Assembly: GCA_012842575.1 (NCBI GenBank)
Contig: DUSP01000144.1
Span: 1 to 38,474 of the forward strand
Source of the DNA: Clostridia bacterium
Lineage (GTDB): Bacteria; Bacillota; Sulfobacillia; DUSP01
Reading direction: 5' to 3'
Length of the DNA stretch: 38,474 nucleotides
This document shows positions 16,456 through 24,944 of the stretch, in pieces. A model generated the notes under the pieces. The model had not been told where the DNA came from. It worked only from the letters and a program-made list of their open reading frames with translations, and made no database searches. The position numbers and the translations under genes are program-made. Position 1 is the stretch's first letter; each line of letters opens with the position of its first letter.

Positions 16456-18102
16456 TCACCCCTGAGGTGTTACGCAACGCACGTACAGGTGGAAGATGTA
16501 GCCTTCACGCCCATCCGGCAGCCTGACCCTGCGCCAATCGTCCACTTCTTGAAGAATTGTCACCCTATCGCCCCAGTTTCCGACGGCTATGACGGGGAAG
16601 GTGGTTCCGGGACCACTACGTATATTCACGTTGTTCCCGGTGATCACGCCCGCGCATATTCCGGTGACGGTCTCCCCGGGGCATACTACACTGAGTACGA
16701 CGTTTATCTCCCTGGTCGCTATGGCCCTCGCCGTCAGCTCGATGACCGCGCTTACATCGATGGGAGGACACACTTCCTCTTCAGGTGTGAGCCCGGACGG
16801 GATCTGGCATGAAGCATCCACTACCCTCGTGCTCACGTTGACCACCATACCCGGCCTCGCACCGGGTAGACTCACAAAACTGGTGAAACCGAAGGTGCCA
16901 CCGACCACATGGGCCGCTTGCGCCTTGCTCTCGTAGATGGCCTTCAGATCGACGCTACCGTCGATTATCACCTTGTCTTCGATTACTTCGGTCTTGGTGA
17001 TCCTCGTGAACGCACGGCAGTCGATCACTTGTTGAGCACACGGCTTATCTTCCTGGGCCGGGCTGATCCGTTCGCTTATCACCACTTGGGTCATGCCCTC
17101 GCCTACTACCTCTTCGGCCCGGACAAGCGCTCTCTCCACCTGGATGCCAGGGATGCCGGAGACGTTCGTCACCACCCGGACTTCTCTTCGCTCGAATACC
17201 CTCGCCGTGGCTTCCAGGATGATGGTCTTGACGATGGTCTCTTTGTCTTTGTTGTTGTCCCTGTCTTCCGCAACGACGGAGATGTGCTCCACCCGGACGT
17301 CGACGTCTACGTCCATACCCGGCCTGGCGCCGCGGACCTCGACGAAGTCACGGAACGGCAGAGTCTGGGCGACGACCATGACCTGTTGCGACTTGGTAGC
17401 GTAGAGCACCTTGACCTCTATGGAACCTTCGAACAGCACCTTGTTTTCGATTACCCTGGTGTGCTCGATGTTCAGCCGCGCCACCGCATCGATAATTTGT
17501 TCGACGGGGGGCTTGCCGAGTTGTATGAGATTGGCCGTTTCGCGCAAGGCTATTTGCCTCGTGCCCTGACCTACCAGCGATCTGACGCGAAGGATGTCCG
17601 TTTCGACGACCAGCTGCGGCGGGCCCGTCACTTCAGTTACGACTTCGAGCTCCCTTTCCCTCACGACACGAACCCTGACAGCCAGTACGACGGTGGCCGA
17701 GATCTTCGTGGCCCTTTGAGTGTCAGGCTTGACCACTTCGGCGCTCACGTCCTCAACCGTCACCGTCAGGAATACGGAAGCCGGAGGCATAAGACCCTCG
17801 ACATCCACAAAGTCGGAGAATGGAACGGTTACGTGGGCGACGTATACCGGCTGGCCGGGGACGTCGGCCTCGTATATTACCTTGATTTCCACCTCTCCCT
17901 CAAAGATCACTTTTTCCTCTACGACCCTGTGCTTGGTGATCTTCGCGTTGGCGATTACGTCGATGACCTGCGCAACGGGGAGCTTTCCCATTTGCGTGAG
18001 ATCCATTATCGCTCGGACGACGACTTGCTTTACCTCTTCGCCGAGGACCTCCTCAAACGTCAGTCTCTCAGTCCTAACGACACACTGCTGTTGGAGCGGC
18101 AC
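16456..18102 (-). CDS. SipL/SpoVID-like spore coat morphogenetic protein: 3x SPOCS (DUF3794) plus C-terminal SH3b
   Basis: Three repeats of (K)V(I/L)(F/I)(E/D)G..(E/D)..(V/A)(I/L)Y...F..FV.(V/L).G; C-terminal VNIRSGPGT...W..V...G.EGYI; AGGAGGG RBS before GTG 18102. Confidence 0.85.
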   Translation of the reverse strand: MPLQQQCVVRTERLTFEEVLGEEVKQVVVRAIMDLTQMGKLPVAQVIDVIANAKITKHRVVEEKVIFEGEVEIKVIYEADVPGQPVYVAHVTVPFSDFVDVEGLMPPASVFLTVTVEDVSAEVVKPDTQRATKISATVVLAVRVRVVRERELEVVTEVTGPPQLVVETDILRVRSLVGQGTRQIALRETANLIQLGKPPVEQIIDAVARLNIEHTRVIENKVLFEGSIEVKVLYATKSQQVMVVAQTLPFRDFVEVRGARPGMDVDVDVRVEHISVVAEDRDNNKDKETIVKTIILEATARVFERREVRVVTNVSGIPGIQVERALVRAEEVVGEGMTQVVISERISPAQEDKPCAQQVIDCRAFTRITKTEVIEDKVIIDGSVDLKAIYESKAQAAHVVGGTFGFTSFVSLPGARPGMVVNVSTRVVDASCQIPSGLTPEEEVCPPIDVSAVIELTARAIATREINVVLSVVCPGETVTGICAGVITGNNVNIRSGPGTTFPVIAVGNWGDRVTILQEVDDWRRVRLPDGREGYIFHLYVRCVTPQG

Positions 18103-18137
18103 AATTCTCCCTCCTTTCGCCCTTCCTCGTTCTGTAG

Positions 18138-18166
18138 TAATATATGCGTCCCGGCGTTTGAGTGTC
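18138..18166 (-). promoter_or_regulatory. Putative mother-cell sporulation promoter (sigmaK-type)
   Basis: gACA-16 nt-CATATATTA fits the sigmaK consensus; the -10 also fits sigmaE. Confidence 0.6.
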
Positions 18167-18272
18167 ACATAACGATAAAGAAAACCCGGTCGCGTCGATG
18201 TATCCAAACTCGATGTACTCGAATATGACGCTACCGGGTAAAGCTTAACGAAAGGTTTTTCGGTTGCAGCAA

Positions 18273-18308
18273 GTGTCTTATACGTCTTGTGTCTTATACG
18301 TCTTATAC
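18273..18308. repeat. 16-bp tandem duplication
   Basis: GTGTCTTATACGTCTT x2 followed by ATAC. Confidence 0.85.
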
Positions 18309-18379
18309 AGCTATCTTGCCAGTCATACGGTCCTGAACCGCTGTTCTCGGTGGCGAAACGTAACGTGAAACCCGCTCGC

Positions 18380-18625
18380 TTATACCGCCTTGACTTCCTT
18401 GATGGCGGGGATCTCGCTCTTTAGCATCCGTTCGATCCCGCCCTTAAGCGTCATCATGGCCATGGGGCATCCGCCGCATGCCCCTTTCAACCTAACCTTG
18501 ACGACACCATCCTGTAGATCGACCAGTTCTACGTCGCCGCCGTCGGCCTGTAGCATCGGCCTCATCTTGCTCAAGGCCTTCTCCACGTCTTCCCGTGTAA
18601 CCTCAGATCCTTCCAACAAATGCAC
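18380..18625 (-). CDS. NifU C-terminal/NfuA-type Fe-S carrier protein
   Basis: RPMLQADGGDVELV, LKGACGGCP, TLKGGIE. Confidence 0.95.
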   Translation of the reverse strand: MHLLEGSEVTREDVEKALSKMRPMLQADGGDVELVDLQDGVVKVRLKGACGGCPMAMMTLKGGIERMLKSEIPAIKEVKAV

Positions 18626-18650
18626 CCCCGTTTCAAAGATTTCGCGTGTT

Positions 18651-20321
18651 TCACATTTCGTCTTCTATCGCATCGAGGAACGACCGATCGTCCGTGAAGC
18701 GCCGCGCTTGTTCCATGCATAGGGAGATGGACCTCTCCCTTTGGCGTAAGTCTACCGTGAAGGTCGAAGCCGCTTCGAGGAAATCCTCCGGTTCCAATAC
18801 CTCCTTTCCCTTGTTGAAGGCCACACGTTTCGATCGTATGACCAGTTCCTCAAGCTCGGCGCAGGAGAAGTGTCTGGTGATGGGTACCACCTCATCCCGC
18901 AAGAAATCGAGCATCTCTTCTGCCGGTATATTCATAGGCGCTTTAGGCCTGCTGCACGCCTCTTTTAACCCTAGGTGCACCGCCAAAACGTCAAGCCTGG
19001 CCGCCTTGCCGGGGTAAAGGAACGGTATTTTATAATCGAACCTACCGGTTCTGATGAATGCTTCGTCCAAGTGCTCCGGTACGTTCGTGGTTCCCACGAT
19101 GATCGCTTCCCTGTCCGGGCGTCCCAACCACTCGAGAAACTGCGAAAACACCCTCCTTGTTTCTTCTCCCGCCGACCCGTCGGTACTGACGGTTCGCCTT
19201 CCAAAACGGTCGATTTCGTCGACGAAGACGATGGCCGGCGACATCTTTTCCGCCAGCCTGATGGCGTTTTTCATGCGCTGGCCCGACTCCCCGAGCCATT
19301 TCGAGTAGATGTTCTCCGTAACGAGGTTGATGAAAGGGAGCTTGATCTCCCTGGCAAGGGCATTGGCGAACAGGCTTTTCCCGTTTCCCGGCGGACCGAA
19401 AAACAAAACCCCTTTTGGCAATGGTAGCGAAAACTTGCGCGCCCTTTCCGAAAATCTTAGCACATCTATGACGTTCTTCTTTATGAAGTCTTTTATCACT
19501 TGATATCCACCGATATCGGCAAAACCGAAAACCGGATCCCTTATTTCGAGGATTCCGGACCGCTTGACCAGTTCGGACTTTAAGTTCCTGATGGTCTCTA
19601 TGTCAAAGCCTCCGGACTTAAAGTACGTCTCCAGTAATATGCTCTCAAGCTGGTGAAGGTTTAACCCGGCCGTGGCCACCGTCAACTCGTAGAGGCGTTC
19701 ACGGTCAAGGTTCAATTCGAACTCGGCCGCAATCTGGGTTATCATGATGGCCCGCTCCGACTGGGACGACTCATCTACGGGCAATACCACTGCCAGGCCC
19801 CTGGTATAATCGCTCAGAAGCTTTTCGGCGTCGGAGGTAAGGACGAATACGATGGAACCCTTGGTGATCACCTCCGGATCGGTGGCCCATGCGCGTAACG
19901 CGGCCTCGAGCCCGGTCTCCCACTCCCGGTTTTCGGACATGTTCTCAAGGATGAAGGTGGTCTTTGAGGTCTTGAGGAACTGATCCACTTCCTTGAGAAC
20001 GGATTTTAAGTGGCCTATTTCAAATCCTCCGGACGCGCTCAGGCGCTGACCCAGGGGAGAACTGCCGAGTTTTTTCTTATATGGTTCGAAGACCGGTCCG
20101 TTGATTGAAGGAACGAGCCCACCCAGCCCTTCCCACTGATCGTAAACGAACACATGGTCAAAGTCTTTGAACCATTGATCTTTCAGTATGAAGCGCTTGA
20201 GCTGGAAGACCCTCTTTGGATCTGAGGTTTCATAAACGATCACGGGAGAGTAGTTGCTTTTTCGTTTCAAGAGCCCGCTTTCGATCCAACTGTCGTCAAG
20301 TAAGTCCCAAGTGTCACCCAT
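18651..20321 (-). CDS. AAA+ ATPase, Ycf46-like (degenerate N-terminal P-loop-like region plus one active AAA module)
   Basis: FADIGGY, Walker A GPPGNGKS, pore loop SKWLGES, Walker B IVFVDE, SRH TTN...LDEAFIRTGRFD; AAGGAAG before ATG 20321. Confidence 0.88.
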   Translation of the reverse strand: MGDTWDLLDDSWIESGLLKRKSNYSPVIVYETSDPKRVFQLKRFILKDQWFKDFDHVFVYDQWEGLGGLVPSINGPVFEPYKKKLGSSPLGQRLSASGGFEIGHLKSVLKEVDQFLKTSKTTFILENMSENREWETGLEAALRAWATDPEVITKGSIVFVLTSDAEKLLSDYTRGLAVVLPVDESSQSERAIMITQIAAEFELNLDRERLYELTVATAGLNLHQLESILLETYFKSGGFDIETIRNLKSELVKRSGILEIRDPVFGFADIGGYQVIKDFIKKNVIDVLRFSERARKFSLPLPKGVLFFGPPGNGKSLFANALAREIKLPFINLVTENIYSKWLGESGQRMKNAIRLAEKMSPAIVFVDEIDRFGRRTVSTDGSAGEETRRVFSQFLEWLGRPDREAIIVGTTNVPEHLDEAFIRTGRFDYKIPFLYPGKAARLDVLAVHLGLKEACSRPKAPMNIPAEEMLDFLRDEVVPITRHFSCAELEELVIRSKRVAFNKGKEVLEPEDFLEAASTFTVDLRQRERSISLCMEQARRFTDDRSFLDAIEDEM

Positions 20322-20402
20322 TTGAGCTTCCTTTCTTACACAGACCGCATGTCGGCAAGGCGTCAGTAAAGCATCAATGCACATCAGCCGGATAAAGGCG
20401 AA

Positions 20403-20606
20403 TCAGCCGCATAAAGAGGAAAAGTTCGTGTGAAGGCATAATCCCATTTCTTTGAGTTTCTCGATCAAACGAGCGATCTCTTCGTGATCTGCGCCGGTAT
20501 TTAAAGCGAGGCTCGGGTCGAGTATGCCTCCTTCGTGCGCACGTGCCGCTCCACCGTGAGACCGTTCGTATATCTCAATTCGATCTTCGAATACCATGAT
20601 CTCCAA
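20403..20606 (-). CDS. Small hypothetical protein ending in -SLCG
   Basis: 64-67 aa, co-oriented within the operon; GGAG before ATG 20597 is an alternative start. Confidence 0.7.
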   Translation of the reverse strand: MEIMVFEDRIEIYERSHGGAARAHEGGILDPSLALNTGADHEEIARLIEKLKEMGLCLHTNFSSLCG

Positions 20607-20668
20607 GCGAGGAATCCTTTCAGGATGTCCTTCTAAGAGTCCCGCGGCGAGCCCCTCCTCCCTCGCAG

Positions 20669-20902
20669 TCAGAAGTCTTCACCGACCTGGCGCCTCTGCG
20701 GGTTGGATCGGGGTACGAAAGCCCCTGCACCAGAAAGCTCGGGTTTGGGCCTTACGGCGTTCCGGGACAAGGCAATGCCGAATTGGCGCAGCGCTTCCTC
20801 GAGAGCCTCCGCTTCGTTCAAACACTCGGTTCCCTCAAAACCCAAGAAGTCCATCTCCACATGACCACTGGCATCGATCTTAACCCTAACTTCCCTGGCC
20901 AA
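20669..20902 (-). CDS. DUF2997-like small protein
   Basis: VKIDASGHVEMDFLGFEGTEC...LEEAL...KPE matches the I..dG.V.....G..G..C...E.aL...kpE pattern; AGAGGGG RBS before TTG 20902. Confidence 0.78.
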   Translation of the reverse strand: MAREVRVKIDASGHVEMDFLGFEGTECLNEAEALEEALRQFGIALSRNAVRPKPELSGAGAFVPRSNPQRRQVGEDF

Positions 20903-20988
20903 ACCCAAAACCCCTCTCGAGCCGTAAGCCGCCTTGAAGACCATTCAATGCACGTTTCACGTTCCGTTCTCGATACGTTACCGTTCTC

Positions 20989-21110
20989 GTATGGCCACCC
21001 TCTTACCGGTCTGGTATGACCGCCCTCTTACCTCTCTTGTATGACCACCGTTTTACCTGTTTTGTATGGCTACCGTTTTACCCGTCCGGTATAGCCACCG
21101 TTTTACTTGC
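20989..21110. repeat. Five tandem 25-bp units (18-bp conserved core plus 7-bp variable linker)
   Basis: Units start at 20989, 21014, 21039, 21064 and 21089; core GTATRRCYRCCSTYTTAC. Confidence 0.92.
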
Positions 21111-21116
21111 TCGAAC

Positions 21117-21566
21117 TCAGAGAACCCCTCTCAAGAGTATTTCTTTACCGCCTTCGGTACGCCTTTCTTCGTATTCGACCTCATAGTGAAGACTTTCCAG
21201 GGCACGCGCGATGGCAACGGCCGAGAAATTCTGGAGGACCCGCTGCTTGATCTTGGAGGCTTCGTACTCAAATCCGCCATAAGCGTCATAGAGAAAGAAA
21301 ACCTCGCCCGTAGACCGATCAACCCGGATCCCGACGCCCCTACCAAAAGACGGTGTAATCACGGCGAAATCACATGGGGCGCTGCGCCCGAAGTAATCCG
21401 TAACTTCCGTAAAAACAAACCCCCCGAACTCCTCGGCCGTGGCCTCCACAGCATCCTTTAACGCTAGCCAGCCGGGTGTCCGTTCAAGTGGAGTCTTGGG
21501 CTCGTCAATATCCACGGGAAGACGGATATCGGCAGCATAAGACGCAATAACGCTCAAGAATTCCAC
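21117..21566 (-). CDS. DUF1257/Ycf35-like protein (divergent)
   Basis: DYFG...DFAV...GVGI...FLYDAY...VLQNFS...YEVEYEE...GG.EILL resembles the DUF1257 pattern; adjacent to the DUF2997-like and AAA genes. Confidence 0.62.
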   Translation of the reverse strand: MEFLSVIASYAADIRLPVDIDEPKTPLERTPGWLALKDAVEATAEEFGGFVFTEVTDYFGRSAPCDFAVITPSFGRGVGIRVDRSTGEVFFLYDAYGGFEYEASKIKQRVLQNFSAVAIARALESLHYEVEYEERRTEGGKEILLRGVL

Positions 21567-21668
21567 GCCCCTTTTGATCTAGGGTAATCCGGGTGCAACA
21601 TGACCTCCGACATCCAAATCCGACATCCTAAACGGGAACTCCAACCAAATGGGAAATCCACGGCCCAC

Positions 21669-22673
21669 TTAATCCAGGGTAATTCGCTTCTCCAGGAACT
21701 CGGAACGACGTTTCTCCCAGACGTCGATTTCTCTCCTTACAAGCTCGAGCCTTTCGCGGACCTCGGCCTCCCTGGCCGTCAAGTTCGAGAACTCCTCCTT
21801 CTCTTCTTGCCCGACTCCGAAATCCGGTCCTGCCTGTTTACGCCGGGAGGCGTCTTCGTTTTTTACATCGTCTTTACCTTCGCCATAGCGGCCGGGTTTT
21901 CCCTGGGTTGGCTTAGTCTTTTCCTTATTTTCTCCCCGCCTAATCTCAGATAACCTGAGGTCGCAAAGGGCCAACTGGACTTCAAGTTGCTTCACTCTCT
22001 CCGCCATGTCCGAAAAAGACTCTTCCCGGAAACCAGATGCAGGCGCTTCATGTCGAGAGGTATCATGAGCTTTACGCAAGGATTCCTCTAGATCCGTCTT
22101 TTGGTTTACGAGTTCCTGAATGCGCCGCTTGAGGGTTTCTTTGTCGAGGAAAGCAATTTCATCACGCCATGCCTGAACCTTGACGCTTCGGACCCGCTCT
22201 TTGCCCGGTTCCCTTTGCCATTCATCGACGATTCGTTCGAGGCTTGACATTTCGTCGCGATCCTCCCCGGACGGTTCTTCCTCGGGGGCCTCACGGCCAA
22301 AGGAGGTCCAGGGTCGCCTCGCGTTCAGTTGGCGGGCTTCTTCGAGGAGAGTAGCCTCCTCGTTTCTCAAAGACCTGAGCGCTTTATCGTAAGCTTCAAG
22401 CTTTACCTGCCTCCACGCCATGACTACGGCGAATGACATACCTATCCAAATACCGATACCTGCGGGAACGCTTATCACGTAGAATACCCCGGAGCCGACG
22501 AGGCCGGGAAACCAGTGCAGCGCCAAGCGATTACCGAAATAAAAGCAGGGTGCTGCTATGATAGCCAATACCGCAATGCTCTTCGCGGTGTACTTATATC
22601 GCGAAATCATGTGTATTAGTGCCAAAAAGAGGAGCCAGACAATGATCCCCAGGACGAGAAGGACCATCTGCAT
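21669..22673 (-). CDS. Hypothetical membrane protein (about 3 TM segments) with long charged coiled-coil tail
   Basis: Hydrophobic first ~86 aa, then E/R/K-rich heptads; 3 nt from the upstream stop. Confidence 0.75.
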   Translation of the reverse strand: MQMVLLVLGIIVWLLFLALIHMISRYKYTAKSIAVLAIIAAPCFYFGNRLALHWFPGLVGSGVFYVISVPAGIGIWIGMSFAVVMAWRQVKLEAYDKALRSLRNEEATLLEEARQLNARRPWTSFGREAPEEEPSGEDRDEMSSLERIVDEWQREPGKERVRSVKVQAWRDEIAFLDKETLKRRIQELVNQKTDLEESLRKAHDTSRHEAPASGFREESFSDMAERVKQLEVQLALCDLRLSEIRRGENKEKTKPTQGKPGRYGEGKDDVKNEDASRRKQAGPDFGVGQEEKEEFSNLTAREAEVRERLELVRREIDVWEKRRSEFLEKRITLD

Positions 22674-22676
22674 CGG

Positions 22677-23819
22677 TCATTCCCTCCCAGCATAGGACTG
22701 GCCCGGTACGGATTCGAAGGTCGATGAATCGTGGGTCGAGGACTCGCGACTTGCCAAAGCCCCTGATACGGCCTTCCAGAGTTCGTCGCTTTCAGGGGGG
22801 TAGAGCGTTTCTTTGTTACCGTTCTTTATGAGAACGCGCCCTTCGGGAACGACTCTTCCTATGATCGACGCTTCGATACCTTCCTTCTTCAACAGGGAGA
22901 GAATGGGGTCGGTTTTCGGAGCACTTATGAGCATTGAGCCGCTCGAGATGAGCTTCATCGGGTCTATCGAAAAGAAATCGCAAATCTCTTTTGTCTCCGC
23001 CGCCACCGGTATTCTGTCAACCCAGACCTCCACCCCTACACCGGAGGCCTCGGCCATCTCGTAAATGGCGCCGAGCACCCCGCCCTCGGTGACGTCATGC
23101 ATGGCGGATGCTCCGTTTTTGGATGCTATGAGGCCTTCCTTCACAACACTGATCCTTTCGGTAAACCGTTTGGCTCCCTCCACGACATCAGGCCGAAGCG
23201 CGCCCTTGAGCAACCTTTCGAAATCGGACGCCAATATAGCGGTGCCTTCTATGCCCGCGCCCTTAGTGAGTATAAGCAAATCCCCCGGATTCGCCCCTGA
23301 TGAGGTTATCACCCTGTTGCGAGGAGCCTTTCCGATGGCCGTAGCGGAGATAATCGGCTGAGGGAGTCCTGGAGTGATTTCGGTGTGTCCGCCTAAGATT
23401 TCAATGCCGAGCTCCGAGGCGGCCCTCGCAGCGTCTCCCATGATCCTTTCTATCATGAGAAGATGTAGTGACGCCCTCTCCTTTCCGGACAGGTCTACGC
23501 CTAGGGGCAGTAGGAGGTCTCTATCCAGCTTCTCCGGGCAAAGCACCGTGATGAGGACGCCGATCGGCTCGGCGCCGTTGGACGCCACGTCATTGCACGT
23601 AACGTGCACTGCCAGCCACCCGGCATCTTTTCTCGCTCCGGTGATCGGATCGGTGGAAATCACGCATGCCCACTCTCCGAAGTCGATAACGGCCGAATCC
23701 TCACCAAGCCCGGCGTGGACGATGACTTCGGGCCGTTTCGTCGAAATCCGCCCGAGAACGAAGGTCTTAAGGAGCTCGGGGGGAAGCTTACCCGACTTCA
23801 GGTCGCTCGGATCGCTCAA
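22677..23819 (-). CDS. AIR synthase-related protein (PurM/HypE/ThiL superfamily)
   Basis: GKLPPELLK, GEDSAVID, STDPITGA, NDVA..GA.P, GGHTE, MHDVTEGG. Confidence 0.9.
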   Translation of the reverse strand: MSDPSDLKSGKLPPELLKTFVLGRISTKRPEVIVHAGLGEDSAVIDFGEWACVISTDPITGARKDAGWLAVHVTCNDVASNGAEPIGVLITVLCPEKLDRDLLLPLGVDLSGKERASLHLLMIERIMGDAARAASELGIEILGGHTEITPGLPQPIISATAIGKAPRNRVITSSGANPGDLLILTKGAGIEGTAILASDFERLLKGALRPDVVEGAKRFTERISVVKEGLIASKNGASAMHDVTEGGVLGAIYEMAEASGVGVEVWVDRIPVAAETKEICDFFSIDPMKLISSGSMLISAPKTDPILSLLKKEGIEASIIGRVVPEGRVLIKNGNKETLYPPESDELWKAVSGALASRESSTHDSSTFESVPGQSYAGRE

Positions 23820-23839
23820 AAGCGCGTCACCTCAGGATG

Positions 23840-23848
23840 ATTATAACA
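23840..23848 (-). promoter_or_regulatory. Extended -10 promoter for the AIR-synthase-like gene
   Basis: TG-T-TATAAT between the aroF stop and the GAGGTG RBS. Confidence 0.6.
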
Positions 23849-23851
23849 CAC

Positions 23852-24889
23852 CTAGGCTGGTTTGGCTTTCCCATTGACCAACCTCTTCCCTAAAGCTCCC
23901 GCCACTTTTGACACCTCATCCATCAGTATCCCGAATTGAACCGGATCCAAGGACTCCTGCCCATCACAGAGCGCACGACTTGGATCGGGATGCACTTCGA
24001 GCATGAGCCCGTCGGCCCCGACGGCGATCGCTCCTTTGGCCATGGCAGGTACCAGCGCGGAGAGGCCGGTTCCATGACTCGGATCGACTACCACCGGAAG
24101 GTGGCTGAGCTGCTTGACGAGGGCCACAGCCGCAAGATCCAACGTATTCCGCATCATCGTCTCGTAGGTCCTGATCCCTCTTTCACATAGGATTACCTGG
24201 GAGTTACCGGCATCCATCACGTACTCCGCCGCCAGCAACCATTCTTCTATGGTGGCGGCCAAACCCCGCTTCAAGAGCACGGGCTTGTCGGACCGACCGA
24301 CCTCCCTGAGCAGGCGGAAGTTGTGCATGTTCCGCGCCCCCACTTGTAGGATGTCGGCGTACTCGGAAACGAGCTCTACGTCCCTGGTATCGAGGACCTC
24401 GGTAACAACGGGAATATCGACTTCGCTCGCAGCCTCTCTCAGCATCTTCAGGCCTAACTCCTCAAGACCCTGGAAGGCATATGGCGAAGTCCTCGGTTTA
24501 TAGGCGCCTCCGCGGAGTATATCGGCTCCAAGGCTCTTGACGATCCTGGCCGCCTCAAATATCTGGTCTTCATTTTCGACAGCGCAAGGCCCGGCTATCA
24601 CCGCCAGGTGTTCGCCGCCGATACTTACATCACGGACCTTTATCACCGTGTCGTCCCGTTTGAGCTCCCTCCCCACGAGCTTATACGGTTTCATGATGGG
24701 AACTATCTTCTCGACCCCTGGCATATTCAAGACGGCGTCAAGGGCCGCGCCCTTCGTATCCCCTATGGCGCCGATTACCGTCTGCTGTTCGCCGTAAATG
24801 GGATGGGTCTTGAATCCCATATCTTTCAGACGTTGTTCAACGCGTTGACACTGCTCCATGGTGGCATCGTTTCTCATCACGATGATCAT
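23852..24889 (-). CDS. aroF: DAHP synthase type I-beta with N-terminal regulatory domain
   Basis: MIIVM..., IAGPCAVE, RGGAYKPRTSPY, QVGARNM, LKRG, CERGIRT, DPSHGTG; GGAGG RBS before ATG 24889. Confidence 0.95.
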   Translation of the reverse strand: MIIVMRNDATMEQCQRVEQRLKDMGFKTHPIYGEQQTVIGAIGDTKGAALDAVLNMPGVEKIVPIMKPYKLVGRELKRDDTVIKVRDVSIGGEHLAVIAGPCAVENEDQIFEAARIVKSLGADILRGGAYKPRTSPYAFQGLEELGLKMLREAASEVDIPVVTEVLDTRDVELVSEYADILQVGARNMHNFRLLREVGRSDKPVLLKRGLAATIEEWLLAAEYVMDAGNSQVILCERGIRTYETMMRNTLDLAAVALVKQLSHLPVVVDPSHGTGLSALVPAMAKGAIAVGADGLMLEVHPDPSRALCDGQESLDPVQFGILMDEVSKVAGALGKRLVNGKAKPA

Positions 24890-24944
24890 CGCTAATCCCT
24901 CCGACTTCAATCTAAAATTCAATCTAAAGCCCCGTCTTCAACTT

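Noticed and set aside
16909-18228. 439-aa plus-strand ORF and other long antisense ORFs (25504-26223, 31645-32409, 36540-37214)
   Set aside because: Each lies opposite a well-supported gene and has the composition typical of shadow frames in GC-rich DNA.
20989-21110. Possible CRISPR array or 131-aa ORF 21066-21461
   Set aside because: 7-bp variable parts are far too short for spacers; the ORF is antisense to the DUF1257-like gene.
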